Below, piece after piece: positions 24,295 to 36,185 of a DNA stretch of 64,000 nt. Positions within the stretch are counted from its first letter, which is position 1, and every line of letters begins with the position of its first letter. The stretch comes from Perna viridis (Eukaryota). The notes beneath the pieces are model-generated. The model was not told the origin of the DNA, made no database searches, and worked only from the letters and a program-made list of their open reading frames with translations. The stretch lies in NCBI GenBank assembly GCA_037379345.1, contig CM074523.1, forward strand, positions 26,318,995 through 26,382,994. The letters are read 5' to 3'. The translations under genes and the position numbers were made by a program.

Positions 24295-25929
24295 AGTTTT
24301 ACTGTGTCTTTGTGTGTAAATTTAAGCCGCCAAGAATTAAAAAAAAACATATTAGTATAATACTCAACTGCTTTCAAAGAGATATTTTAGGGGACGACGT
24401 GTTGATATTTTGTTAGGAATGAAGTGTTGTTAAAATAAATGGCTGTACCTTGAGAGTAGGGAAGTTTATTCTCTTTGGTTGATAAATCATGATATTAACC
24501 TCATCCAAATTCATTAATGGTATATTTCATCATGAATTAATAAAACCCAAATAACATACAAAATAAATACAAAAATAAACAAACAAATGAAAAAACAAAA
24601 AACAAAACAAAACAAAACGAAACAATAAAAAATGTTCTTATTAGATAGGCATTTGTTTAATTATAATTCACCCCTTTTGTGCCCGATGTTGACTGTATGT
24701 TGCTTATAGCAGCATTTGAAAAAAGTAGGAGGTACGCATTGTCATCAGTTAATAAAAAAATGTGTGAAAGTATCATTCAGCAGGCAATCTTAGCCATAGA
24801 GGAGTTGCGAATTAGTAGGCCCCCACCATGATAGACCAATAACAAAATGCACGTTTTGCATCAGGAAACCCCGAAAGTCATTCTGATGGAAAACAAAATA
24901 GGAGGCCTACAATGATATACGTGATAAAGAATATTTTATCTGATTTCATTAACTTAATTTGAGCTTGTTAAAGAATGTATTTAAAGTTTGGACAGGTAAT
25001 ACGAAATAACATGTTTGAGGCTGTTAACACATATTAACTTCAAACCAAAAACGGGCCCATACCAATGTTGTTTTGTATATCCTGTTGAAAAATTAGAAAC
25101 ATTCCTTATGATTAAATTTGTGGTGGAGTACAGTCCAAATATTAAGTAGCAGTCCTTATAAAAACCAGACAGGAGGCGATTCATGTCAAATACCCACTGA
25201 ACTCACTTTTATTTCTTGTCAAGAAACAGTTACTGATCACATAACCAGTCTTACTTTTTCATTTGTGACGTTGCGCCTTTGAGATAAAAAATATATAGTT
25301 TGTACACGAAATTGACACTTTGCAAGAGTTATCGTTCTTGATTTGCTTTGATTTGGTTGATTTTAGTGTAAGATAAATGTATGATCTGAATATGGAAAGG
25401 ACAATTGTTACATACAAATATAGCATATGTAGATTGAAAAAGCATCATTTGTTCGGGTGTTTTTTTCTTCACCATAAATCACTTTAATATTTGCACTGTC
25501 TGAATTTTATATAAACTGGTACTTTTAATAATTAATTTGTAATTTTGTTTGGAATTCTTTGATTTATCACGGAGTTCGGACCAATCGACGTTACTGACGT
25601 CAAAGTACCAAGCCAGATTATACATAATAACCTGGTTTGCTCATAGATAACCACCTAATCAGGAAGCTTGTTAAAAAATAAATTAGAAGATTTCCCATTA
25701 ACAGTTTCAAGTGTTTAGAATACGAAAATGGTATAGGGCAAAGGTCAAACGTTAAGCCCGGACACCTTAAAGGTAAAATCAATCGTTATTGCACATTTCA
25801 TAAATTAAAGATATTCTTTCGACGTGATAATAAAAAAGAACTAATAAAATTTTTGAAAATAAAATAAATATATATCTCTTTATAAAAAAAGTTCCGAATA
25901 GTCAAGGGTGTTCTGTGGAACGGGAGTTA

Positions 25930-26850
25930 GCAAGTATTTCTGGCTATAATCTATAAACTAGATAAAGTCAAATGACGGAGACGCTTCATCAAGGATAAAA
26001 TAGACCGAAAAAGTCCTCTTGGTTCCTGTTTACTGTGTGATACTATTTCTTTATCTTAGTGCCTTTTTTCACTTTTTCATCCTTGCTTACAATGATGAAG
26101 AATATGTTGTCCACTTTATCTTCTCCGTAAATTTTGACCATGCGGGTTCGATCATACTTCCGTCCGTCATAGAACAAATAGTTTTGACTCCATAGGTAAA
26201 CCTCATGACTCGTTTTTGAATATAATCCGAATGATGTCCGTACAGAAGTGCCCCTTTTAGCACACCCAAAACACTATCTTCAGGAACAATTACCCTTCTC
26301 AGAGGAAAAACATCCCTTGCAGCATCATGTACAAAGCGCCATTCAGAGAATCCACCAGCAAGAAGAATCAAGCTGATTTTTGTCGTTTCTAGAAGGGATA
26401 ATATTTCTCTCATGAGTAAAACGATGTTTTCTGTTGTTGATAGAAACATCTTTTTTCCCCGTTTCCAAATTTAGACGCATACGAGTTCGATTTCAGAGCC
26501 AAATGTGGAATTCTTAAGAACATCTGGAAAGTCTTTCTGGTGAAGCGTCTTGTATATAATGATTCAAGGTGATCAGTTGGAGATAGATAGTTTTTTTCTC
26601 AGTTTGCCTGTCATCAACCTTTTAGCGCTTTCCAATTCCTTTTCAAGTTCATGTACTCGAGAGGATGATTTTGTCCTAAAGTAGAGAACGCATTCTTGTC
26701 AATCACATAAGTAAGCAGCTCAAATAACTCCTTGTTCACTAACGTATAACCACATGCGTTGACAGTAGCTCTGTATTTTCTTCCAGATGACAATTGACGC
26801 CTTTTTTTTCTTAAGAACATCTGGAAAGTCTTTCTGGTGAAGCGTCCTGT
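25930..26850 (-). pseudogene. HSPA12 pseudogene fragment (degenerate copy of the large last exon)
   Basis: Frame-shifted pieces KYRATVNACGYTLVNKELFELL...QNHPLEY and ILLAGGFSEWRFVHDAARDVFPLRRVIVPEDSVLGVLKGALLYGHHSDYIQKRVMRFTYGVKT align with 37016-38070. Several frameshifts and an internal ~40-nt duplication (near 26513 and 26810). Confidence 0.9.
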
Positions 26851-28909
26851 ATATTTCGTATTTCTATATTTAATTTCACTTCTCTATCATTTTGGTTGAT
26901 CCCAGTATTTGGAACTTCAAATTAAATAAATATGCGATACGTATATCTATCTTTAAAGACAAAATTGACATGACTTGGGATCCAACGAGAAAAACGCCAA
27001 CTTTTCTACAATAAGCAGGAAATGCTAACCCTTCAAAACACTTGACACTTTTGTTCACCCCAAGTTTTAAGCATGGTTTGAAATGTTCTGTTTTCTTCTG
27101 TGTTCCTCCTAACTATTCTTCGTCTGATGGCATTTTTATTGTCTTAATATCTTGCAAAAAAAAAAAAAAATACCGAAGCGTGTAAAATTAGACAAGTCAA
27201 ATTTGTAAAAACGTGAAGGTTCCTCTGATATTTTCATTTTTTATTGGCATTTTTACACGAAAATATGTATTGCGTTAACATACTGAACCCAACGCTGTGA
27301 AAATGACAAATCTCTATGTATTTGAATGGTCGATTAGGACCCATTTTCGTGAAATCACGGAGTCACGAGACTTACATACCCTATACCGAGCGTTAAGAGT
27401 GTAAAGAACAACAACGTTTCTTTTTTGTCATTTGGCTTCTCTGTGTGCATGTATTAATCTCTGTTAAATATAATTATTTTTTTTTAATATTTTGATAATG
27501 AACATTGTGATTGGACATGAATTTATATACTATTTACTTTATTTTTCCAAAAGCAATACAGCTTAAATGTATACATAATACAAATTATAACAATTTCTTA
27601 ACATACACCACACAGAGAACTCAAATAAGGACAAGTAAAAAGGGTCATTATTTCATGCTTGCCCTTCGGGAGCACCTGATGCCGTTTTTTTTTTTGTTCT
27701 TTTGTTTGGTGGGGGTTCACATTACATGTGCTTAAGTTTATTTTGTGTGTCTTATTTTCTTTATCTTCAGTTTTAAATGTAATTGTTCTGTTTTCTAATT
27801 GTATATGTAGATAGTCCTTCATTTTTTGTTTTTTTCGGAACCATTAGCCGATACATATATTTTGTGGCAAAAAAAAAAAAAAAAATAAAATAAAATAAAA
27901 TAAAAGAAAATAAAAATAAGCCGAGGGACGTTGTCTTTTGAAGTCTGTTTGGAAGTTCACCCCAAAAATTATAGTAAGTCTGACATGTACGAATATAGTT
28001 GTTGATCTAAATCGATGTATTTCAAAGCGGCAAAATTTGGGGTCGTCTATATTTGTAGTTTTTGCAGTCATTCAAACAAATGTGTTTGTTTGATTCGCAA
28101 ATTTACTCAGACTTGCATTTCAATGATTCTAAAACATTTGCAAAAGTTTTATTTTCGTGATAAAATTATCACTACGGCTGCATGCGATTTTTGTATTTAA
28201 GTCGCAGTCTTTCTAAAAATCAGACAAAAGGTGTTTTTTGCATGTAAAAAACTTACCGAATTTAGTTTTATGTCTTGTTCAAAGACAGTTCAAACCAGTT
28301 TTTGTTTTCCATTTAGTGGTTGCGCTTTTGAGAAAAAAATCATATAGACTGTACATGGAATTTGCACTTTGCAAGAGTTATCGTTCTTGGAATGGCTACA
28401 TTTGGTTGATTTCAGTTGGATAAGAATTTATGATTATCTAAAACGTGCAGATCTGAATACAGAAAACCTTCACTTGCATATTTCCATAGACCTCTACGCA
28501 CTCGTTATAAAGAGACTTTCAAAAGTGACATTGTAGGTAAAAATCTCATGTATAGAATTTAAAACAAAATGCATTTTAGTGCATTTTTAATGATTAAGAG
28601 ATAACAAGACACCCTAGAATATTATAATGTATATCGAAAAATTGTGTTCTAAATAACAAATAAAATAAACATATTTTTCTAGACTAAATCTGCAATATGA
28701 GCTTTGCAAAATGTGTTTGAAGTTGCAAATTTTCACACATTCAATCTATTAATTTTGTATGACTCGAAACGTTTTCCAGAAAATTTGTCTAGTTTTCGGG
28801 CTGTTTTATGAACAGTGACGCATGTTAAGAGTATTGCATTTGTCTTTATATGGTTGAACTTCAAATAAAACGTTACAGATTCAATAAAATCTCAATCCCT
28901 TTGTATCGC

Positions 28910-29285
28910 CCTAGACTTCTTAAAATTAGACTTCTGGAACAAGGTTATGTTGCTATAAGATTGAAGCCATCACAACAGATATCTTTTTATGGTTGTAATC
29001 AGGAACTCGTAGATCGTTACGGTGTATCCATCTGCACCATGAAAAGTGATTTGATCAATGTGTCATAGTTTTCCTTTTCTCTTTCGTCTACCCTTGACTT
29101 TTTATGAGCAACTCGTCGGGTGTTTGTAGAAAAGCAGATGACGCATACCATACCGGTTCACCTGGTTCATGCTCCTAGTTGTTAGTCCGAGTTGCTCATT
29201 TACTTTTGTTACTTTGTATGTATTATTTTGGTTATTTTATGTTCTTTTTTGTGTGTGTCTAGAATCTTGGTTTCGTTTCCTTGAA
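28910..29285 (+). mobile_element. 3'-end fragment of Penelope-like element
   Basis: RT C-terminal remnant RLLEQGYVAIRLK...ELVDRYGVSIC followed by the conserved tail. Confidence 0.8.
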
Positions 29286-30189
29286 TACTTTTTCACTTAA
29301 ATTACAAATCAAATAAAGTGTATTGGGGTAGCTTGATCTTTGACCACTCCTCTGATGTATGCAAAGTAGCAGAAAACTTTACCGTTTTTCATTTTATTAA
29401 GTACAACTTCAAAACTTGCGTTGAGTTATCTTTCCATTGACATACGAAATAGCCGTATACCCTCTAGACCCATTAAACTCGAAAACTAAAGTACTTTTGA
29501 TACCTGTCCTCAGCATTATAAACAGATTTAAATGAATAATACCAATATGTATACAGTCAAAATCATACACTATTATCCCTTTAAATCAATTTTGTTTCTA
29601 TTTTTAAAGTTTATCGATCTTTATAGGGCTAGTATGGTATATCAACCATTGGTAACAATATAGCGGAATCTACAGGAAGTAAATTAATTATTCGAAGGGT
29701 AGAAAAAGGGTAGAAAAATTAGCGTTTTTACTAAAAAAATTGTAATTAGGAGTAAGTATCTTAATTTACAGTAAAGCAATTTTATTTTTATACAAACAAA
29801 GTTTTGAAGGTGTCTTTTCTCAACATCTTTCTAGTTTCGATTTCTGTGTTTAATTTCGTAAACAGAATTTTGACGTTTTTTCTTAAGAAGCTTTCAATTG
29901 TATAAGTTGCCTTCTTTTATCATTTAAATTTATTTCCATTATCAATGCTCAACGATAATAAATTTTAAAAGATAGTCATGACATGCACGAGTTCTTTATC
30001 AGTTCATGAATTTTGTCGGAACAAAAATAGAAAATAGAGTTCTTGAATAAACTCGCCGATCTGATCCGAAAGAAAGAATATCGTTTAGCTAGATTTTTTT
30101 CTCAGTTTCCGCTATATAGATGACGTATTATCATTAAACAATCCTTATTTTGGGGATTTGATACATCATATCTACCCCAAAGAACTTGA

Positions 30190-30432
30190 GAGAATAATCA
30201 AGGGAACCAAGATTATAGCGGTTATCAGAAGAATGTAATCCAGGGACAAAGACTAGACATGGAAAACAGACATACACAACAAAGAACATAAAGTAACTAA
30301 AATCATACATACAAAGTAACAAACGCAAATGAGCAACTCGGACATAATTAAAACTGGGAGCATGGACCAGGTGCACCGAGAGGGTAGGCGTCATCTGCTT
30401 TTCTAGAAACACCTGCCGACTTGCTCATAAAA
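30190..30432 (-). mobile_element. 3'-end fragment of Penelope-like element
   Basis: Same tail on the minus strand (aatcaagggaaccaag...gagcaactcgg...ttgctcat). Confidence 0.8.
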
Positions 30433-30461
30433 AAGTCATAAAAATGACCTTATCACAAAAA

Positions 30462-30465
30462 ATAA

Positions 30466-30504
<39 letters not shown>
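30462..30504 (+). repeat. (AAAT)n microsatellite
   Basis: Direct reading. Confidence 0.9.
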
Positions 30505-30858
30505 CATTTTCGTATTCCTCAACATTTAAGTTTTAAATAATATTGTTTCAATGAAATCATACATAATTTTGAAATAAATGTAATCCAATTTACAAACTTC
30601 GTCTTTTTAAAATTCCTATCTCATATGAAAACTATGCCCATTCTTCCATATTCCACAGAAGGAGAACTAACACCCTCAAGGGAAAAGTTGATATTTGTCT
30701 TAATTATTTGAACAAAATTATTCCTAAAGGAGAAAATATAATTGTCATATTAATATACCCCGGAAAATATTTTTCTCTTTCTAATTGCAGGACTTTGCGA
30801 ACGATGTTATTAAGACCAACAAATTACAGAGTTACTGATTATTGACTATTATCCCACC

Positions 30859-33800
30859 ATGGCCGCATCCAAGGGCTATATTGTCGCTGCACTAGACTTC
30901 GGGACAACCTTCAGCGGGTACGCCTTCTCCTTCTTCCACGACTTTAAAGAAGATCCATTGAAAATAAAAGTAAATGCATTATGGCAGTCTTCAAGTCGAA
31001 GTCTGATGTCGTACAAAACACCAACTTGTCTACTTTTGGACGAAAATAAGGAATTTGTTGCTTTTGGATACGAAGCCGAAGATGTATATGCGGATAAAGC
31101 TCTGGAGGGAAAAAAGGATGAATTTTTCTATTTTTATAGATTCAAAATGAATTTGCACAATAATAAGGTGAGACTGTATTTTGCTTTTTGTTTAATTTTG
31201 TTTCAGAACATTCTAGAAAATTGTAGGGTTTATCGATTTGAGATATATTTTGTTTCTATATTTTTTTCCAACGTAGCTGTTATATAATAATGTAGTTCAA
31301 TGGCATGCACATAGTTTAGGATTAACTAGTATTGAGATTGCCTTTTAGCTCAAATGGACCAAAGAGACCATATAAGATATAGCAATCACGTGAAATCCGT
31401 CGTCGTCTGTTAACAATAATTCAAATGTCTTTCACCCTCAAACTACTGGACATATTCCAATGAAAACTTGAATGAATGTTTCTTAGGATATCTTTCACAA
31501 AATTGGCCTAAGATTATTTGATCTGCGAAAAGAAACATGACTGTCGTTGCTAAAAATAAAACAGATATGTCAGACAGTAGTTTTTCGCAAATATCTTAAA
31601 GATCGTTTCATTTGACAAATGATCTGGCACAGGGTTGCATCGGTTAGAATAAAGAGGTCCAGCCATTCTTAAATTTTCAGAAAGATCCGTTGACTGATGT
31701 TGGAATTATGTACCGTGAAACCGAAATTTTGGCCGATTCTGTGTTTTTATAGTAAAAAATCTTCTTTTCAGGTACTAACCGACAGATTTTTATATAAAAG
31801 TTGCCATAAAAGGTTCATATTTCAGTTTGGATTTCCGATCCACGAAAATAAATGACCGTCGTTGCTAAAATTATAACAGAAGGGGATCAAAGGGCAATTT
31901 TTCGAAAAATATCTCAAAAACAGCTGCATTTTACAAAGATCTAACCTAACTTAGAACATTCATAGTCCCATCCTTTCGAGAAAACAGAAAAAAATATGGC
32001 TTTTGTTTCATTTCCATCGTTCCTCTTTCCTCGTTCGTCTACCCCTGACTTGACTTTTTGTGAACAACTCGGTGGGTGTTTCTAGAAAAGCAGAGGATGC
32101 TTATCCTACCGGTGCTCCTGGTCCCAGTTTTTAGTGGAGTCCGAGTTGCTCATTTGCTTTTGTTACTTTGTATGTATGATTTTAATTACTTTATGTTCTT
32201 TGTTGTGTATGTCTGTTTTCCATGTCTGTTCTTTGTCCCTGGATTAAATTCTTCTGATTACCGCTATAACATTGGTTCCCTTGATAACTCTTCCAAAACT
32301 TGAAACAAAAATGTACAGATAATCAATAAGATGAATGTTAAGCATTGTAAGAGATATCAGTCTGAAAAACACAAATGAACGATTCTGGCTTTTTGGAGTT
32401 TCATTTTCTTGTCCACTAACTTTACATTAAATATTTGCATTTCAAGATATGAATTAAAGACCTCTTTTAATTTAAATTCCAACCAGAATATAACAAAAAC
32501 TATGGTGCTTGAAGATGTAACAGGAAAGACTGTCCCTGCTGTTGATGTCTTCAAGTTTTCAATCAAGGCTCTAGTGGATCATCTTTTAGAGACTCTAAAA
32601 ACTTGTGGTAAAACAATTGAACCTAGAGAAATCCTCTACGTTCTTACTGTTCCTGCTATATGGACGGATTCAGCAAAAGAATTTATGAGAAAAAGTGCTG
32701 AGATGGTAAATTAATCTTTATTAAACACACTTTTTAAATCACTTGAACGTTTGGGTTCAAGAATTAATTTGTGACGTTCGTAATCATCTATTCGCAGTAA
32801 TCCGTTGTCTTTGCATTCTATATGTGTCACAAATTCGTGTTAATATTTTTGTTTTTCTTTCCATGAAGAGAATATTTGTTAAAATTTAAAACTATTTGTT
32901 CTTATTACAAAAATATTTGTTTCCCGTCTTCGTGTTCTTATTATGTTTTAATCTCTAGTTTTTTAGCACTCCAGCTAAGAATCATGCAATTCTGTAATAT
33001 GTACTACACCCCCAAAAGACACATTTTTATTTTTGTAATTAAGTTGCTTTATAGGTCTATATGAGAAAATGTATAATTATTGAGTCCAATCTATCCGCTC
33101 TTACCAGATAATTCACATTGAAAATTATTTTAGTATCATTTACAGAGTTATCTCCCTTAATTTTGAATTCTACTGTACGTTCTATACACATTTTATCTCC
33201 TAAGAACAAGGGTTATATGAAAAGCCACATGTTACTTTTTGTTACATTTTAAATAAAATATCAAAAGTAAATTGTAGACTTTCCAACCATGATTCTTACC
33301 ACGAGTGCTACTTAAATAGTTGAATTATGATTTTGATATCTCAGTGGTTTATTTGTAAGTTACAGTACATTCTTTACGTACATATTGCAGGCGGGCATTC
33401 CAGGAGATCAAATGGTTCTTGCTCTGGAACCAGAAGCTGCTTCAATCTACTGTCAGTATTTACCTACAGAGAAATTGTCTGGATCAGATGGTTTTGCGAT
33501 GAGTGAAGTCGGGACAACATATATGGTAGTGGATTTAGGAGGTATTATTAATAATTTGAAGACTGTTATTTAAACTTACATCATGCCTAATATTTATAAC
33601 AAATTCCATTCCTAATATGCCTAGTGTGTTTACATAAATCAGACCTTATACTAACATAATGCCTAGTATTTTTTTCACTATTTCATGCCTCATTTTTATA
33701 CCTATATGATTTGTAACATTTCTGCCTCTATCATGCATTATCTTTCATACATCATATCTATATATACCTTTTTTTACATTCTTTATTTTTATACCTTACT

Positions 33801-36154
33801 ATTATATGTTTTTCTTTGATTCATAATTAAATTTTAATGTGTAAGCTAATGCAAACTGCCCAATGATGTTCGAGAGAGTAATCAAGCTAACAAAGGTTCT
33901 AGTTGTATTCAAAAGAAAGTAACCCAGGGACAAAGATCAGAAATGGAAAACCGACATACATGCAGTAACTAAAATAATACATACAAAGTAACAAAAGCAA
34001 ATGAGCAACTCGAACTCCACAAAAAACTGGGAGCATGGAACTCTCAAAATGACAAAGCACATTTATGGTTTAATTTTCCATCACCCTGACTCGAACCAGT
34101 GCCACTTTGACATCTATGGCAACACTGTCTGCGTTAAGTCCACCACCTAGTTCACTATTTGGAAACCATCGAGTAAAAAAAACCCAGTCAGCAGAAGCTA
34201 TATAATATGAATTATTATAAGAAGGAGTCAAAAACCCTCAAATAAAAAAAAAATCTCTAGTCAAAATAATTGAATTTTGGATTTTGTCTTCCGTTTGGTT
34301 TCTATTTTTTTTATTGATCTTCTCATTGACGAATTTAAATATTACCATGTCATTGTGACGTTATACATTAAGTGTCAGTATGAATTAAACTTGGTATGAA
34401 AACACCCATCATTTTGATAGTGTAATTTGACCATTTGCACCATTAGAATCATGGAAAAAAAACAGGATTTTCCATATTATGCTGGACCATTGAGTTATAA
34501 TTTCATTGAAATTTCATTCTAGTCAAAATAATTGAATTTTGGATTTTGTCTTCCGTTTGGTTTCTATTTTTTTTATTGATCTTCTCATTGACGAATTTAA
34601 ATATTACCATGTCATTGTGACGTTATACATTAAGTGTCAGTCCCTGCAAGAATCAGGCAATAGGTTAAACTTGGTATGAAAACACCCATCATTTTGATAG
34701 TGTAATTTGACCATTTGCACCATTAGAATCATGGAAAAAAAACAGGATTTTCCATATTATGCTGGACCATTGAGTTATAATTTCATTGAAATGCACTAAA
34801 AATGAACATTTCATAGGCAGATAACTCCGTCAAAAACCTCATTATTCTAATATTCTATTGAAAAAAATTTCTGAGCAAACCCAATGATGCAGATATAAAA
34901 TAATGTTTTTTTTCAATGGAGAAAGTATCCTTGAGTGATATTACATCGTCAGATCGGTGGGTTTTTGACATGCTTGTTTCTGATTTTTCCCATTTTGCCT
35001 GATTCTTTCAAATACTAACACTTAAATATAAAATGATTTGGGACTATTTGAAATAACCTCATGACATGTGGTGCATGCATTCCTTGCATTACTAGCTATT
35101 TTCATGGTGCACCGCATGATCATTTTTAGTTCTTAATTGACCGAAACATATTACAATCATTCCACAACTTTTTGACAATCAATCTTATACAGTAAAACCT
35201 ATTTATACCAAACTTTAATAAATAATCCAAAAACTTTTTAAACCAGACATTTTTTTAAAATCACTTTATTTTAATTCAAATGTATTTGAACCTTGGTAAA
35301 CCAAACACTTGTGTAAACCGAACGACTAATCAAGGGAACCAAGATTCTAGCGGTAATCAAAAAATGTAATCCAGGGACAAAGACCAGACATGGAAAACAG
35401 ACATACACCACAAAGAGCATAAAGTAACTAAAGTCATACATACAAAGTAACAAAAGCAAAAGAGGAAATGAAAACTATGACATGTTGAACGGTTTTCATG
35501 GCGCAGATGGATACACCGTAGCAATCCACGAGTTCATTGTGACGACCATAAAACGTCTGTAGTGATAACTTCAATCTTGTAACATCATAACTCTGTTTCA
35601 GAAGCCTATTTATCAGAAGACTAGCGCGATACATTAAGTCTGCGTAGTTTCGGCAAGCTCTGGCATAACGTACGAGTTGTGATATGAACACTCCATACGC
35701 AGATGCTGAAGGGATGTTGATAATTCTGAATGAAAAGTCATCACATTTGTCGTAAAGTTTGGTCAGTGTTTTCCTTTTACCGTCGATTTCTAAGTGTAGG
35801 TCAAGATATGAGGCTGACCTCACAGTGTCTGTAGTATTCTTTATCTCAAGTTCTATGGGGTAGATGCGAAATATCAAATCCCCGAAAATAGTATTGTTTA
35901 AAGATAATACGTCATCTATACAGCGGAAACTGAGATTAAAGGATCTAGCTAAACGATATTCTTTCTTTCGGATCAGATCAGCTATAAAGTTAGCCTCACA
36001 AGAATGAAGAAATAGTTCAGCAAGTAGAGCAGCATAAGTTGTTCCCATTGGAATGTTGACCGTTTGTTGAAAAACGCGTCCACCACACTGGACAAATATG
36101 TTGTCGACTAAAAATTTCAGCATTTTGTAAACATCTTCTCTATTTTTTTTTTTA

Positions 36155-36185
<31 letters not shown>

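Noticed and set aside
30134-30412. Repeated hydrophobic ORFs MFLEKQ...LLCMYDF...FPCLVFVPGL (also 32076, 35271, 60355)
   Set aside because: They come from the retroelement 3' tail; frames are not preserved between copies.
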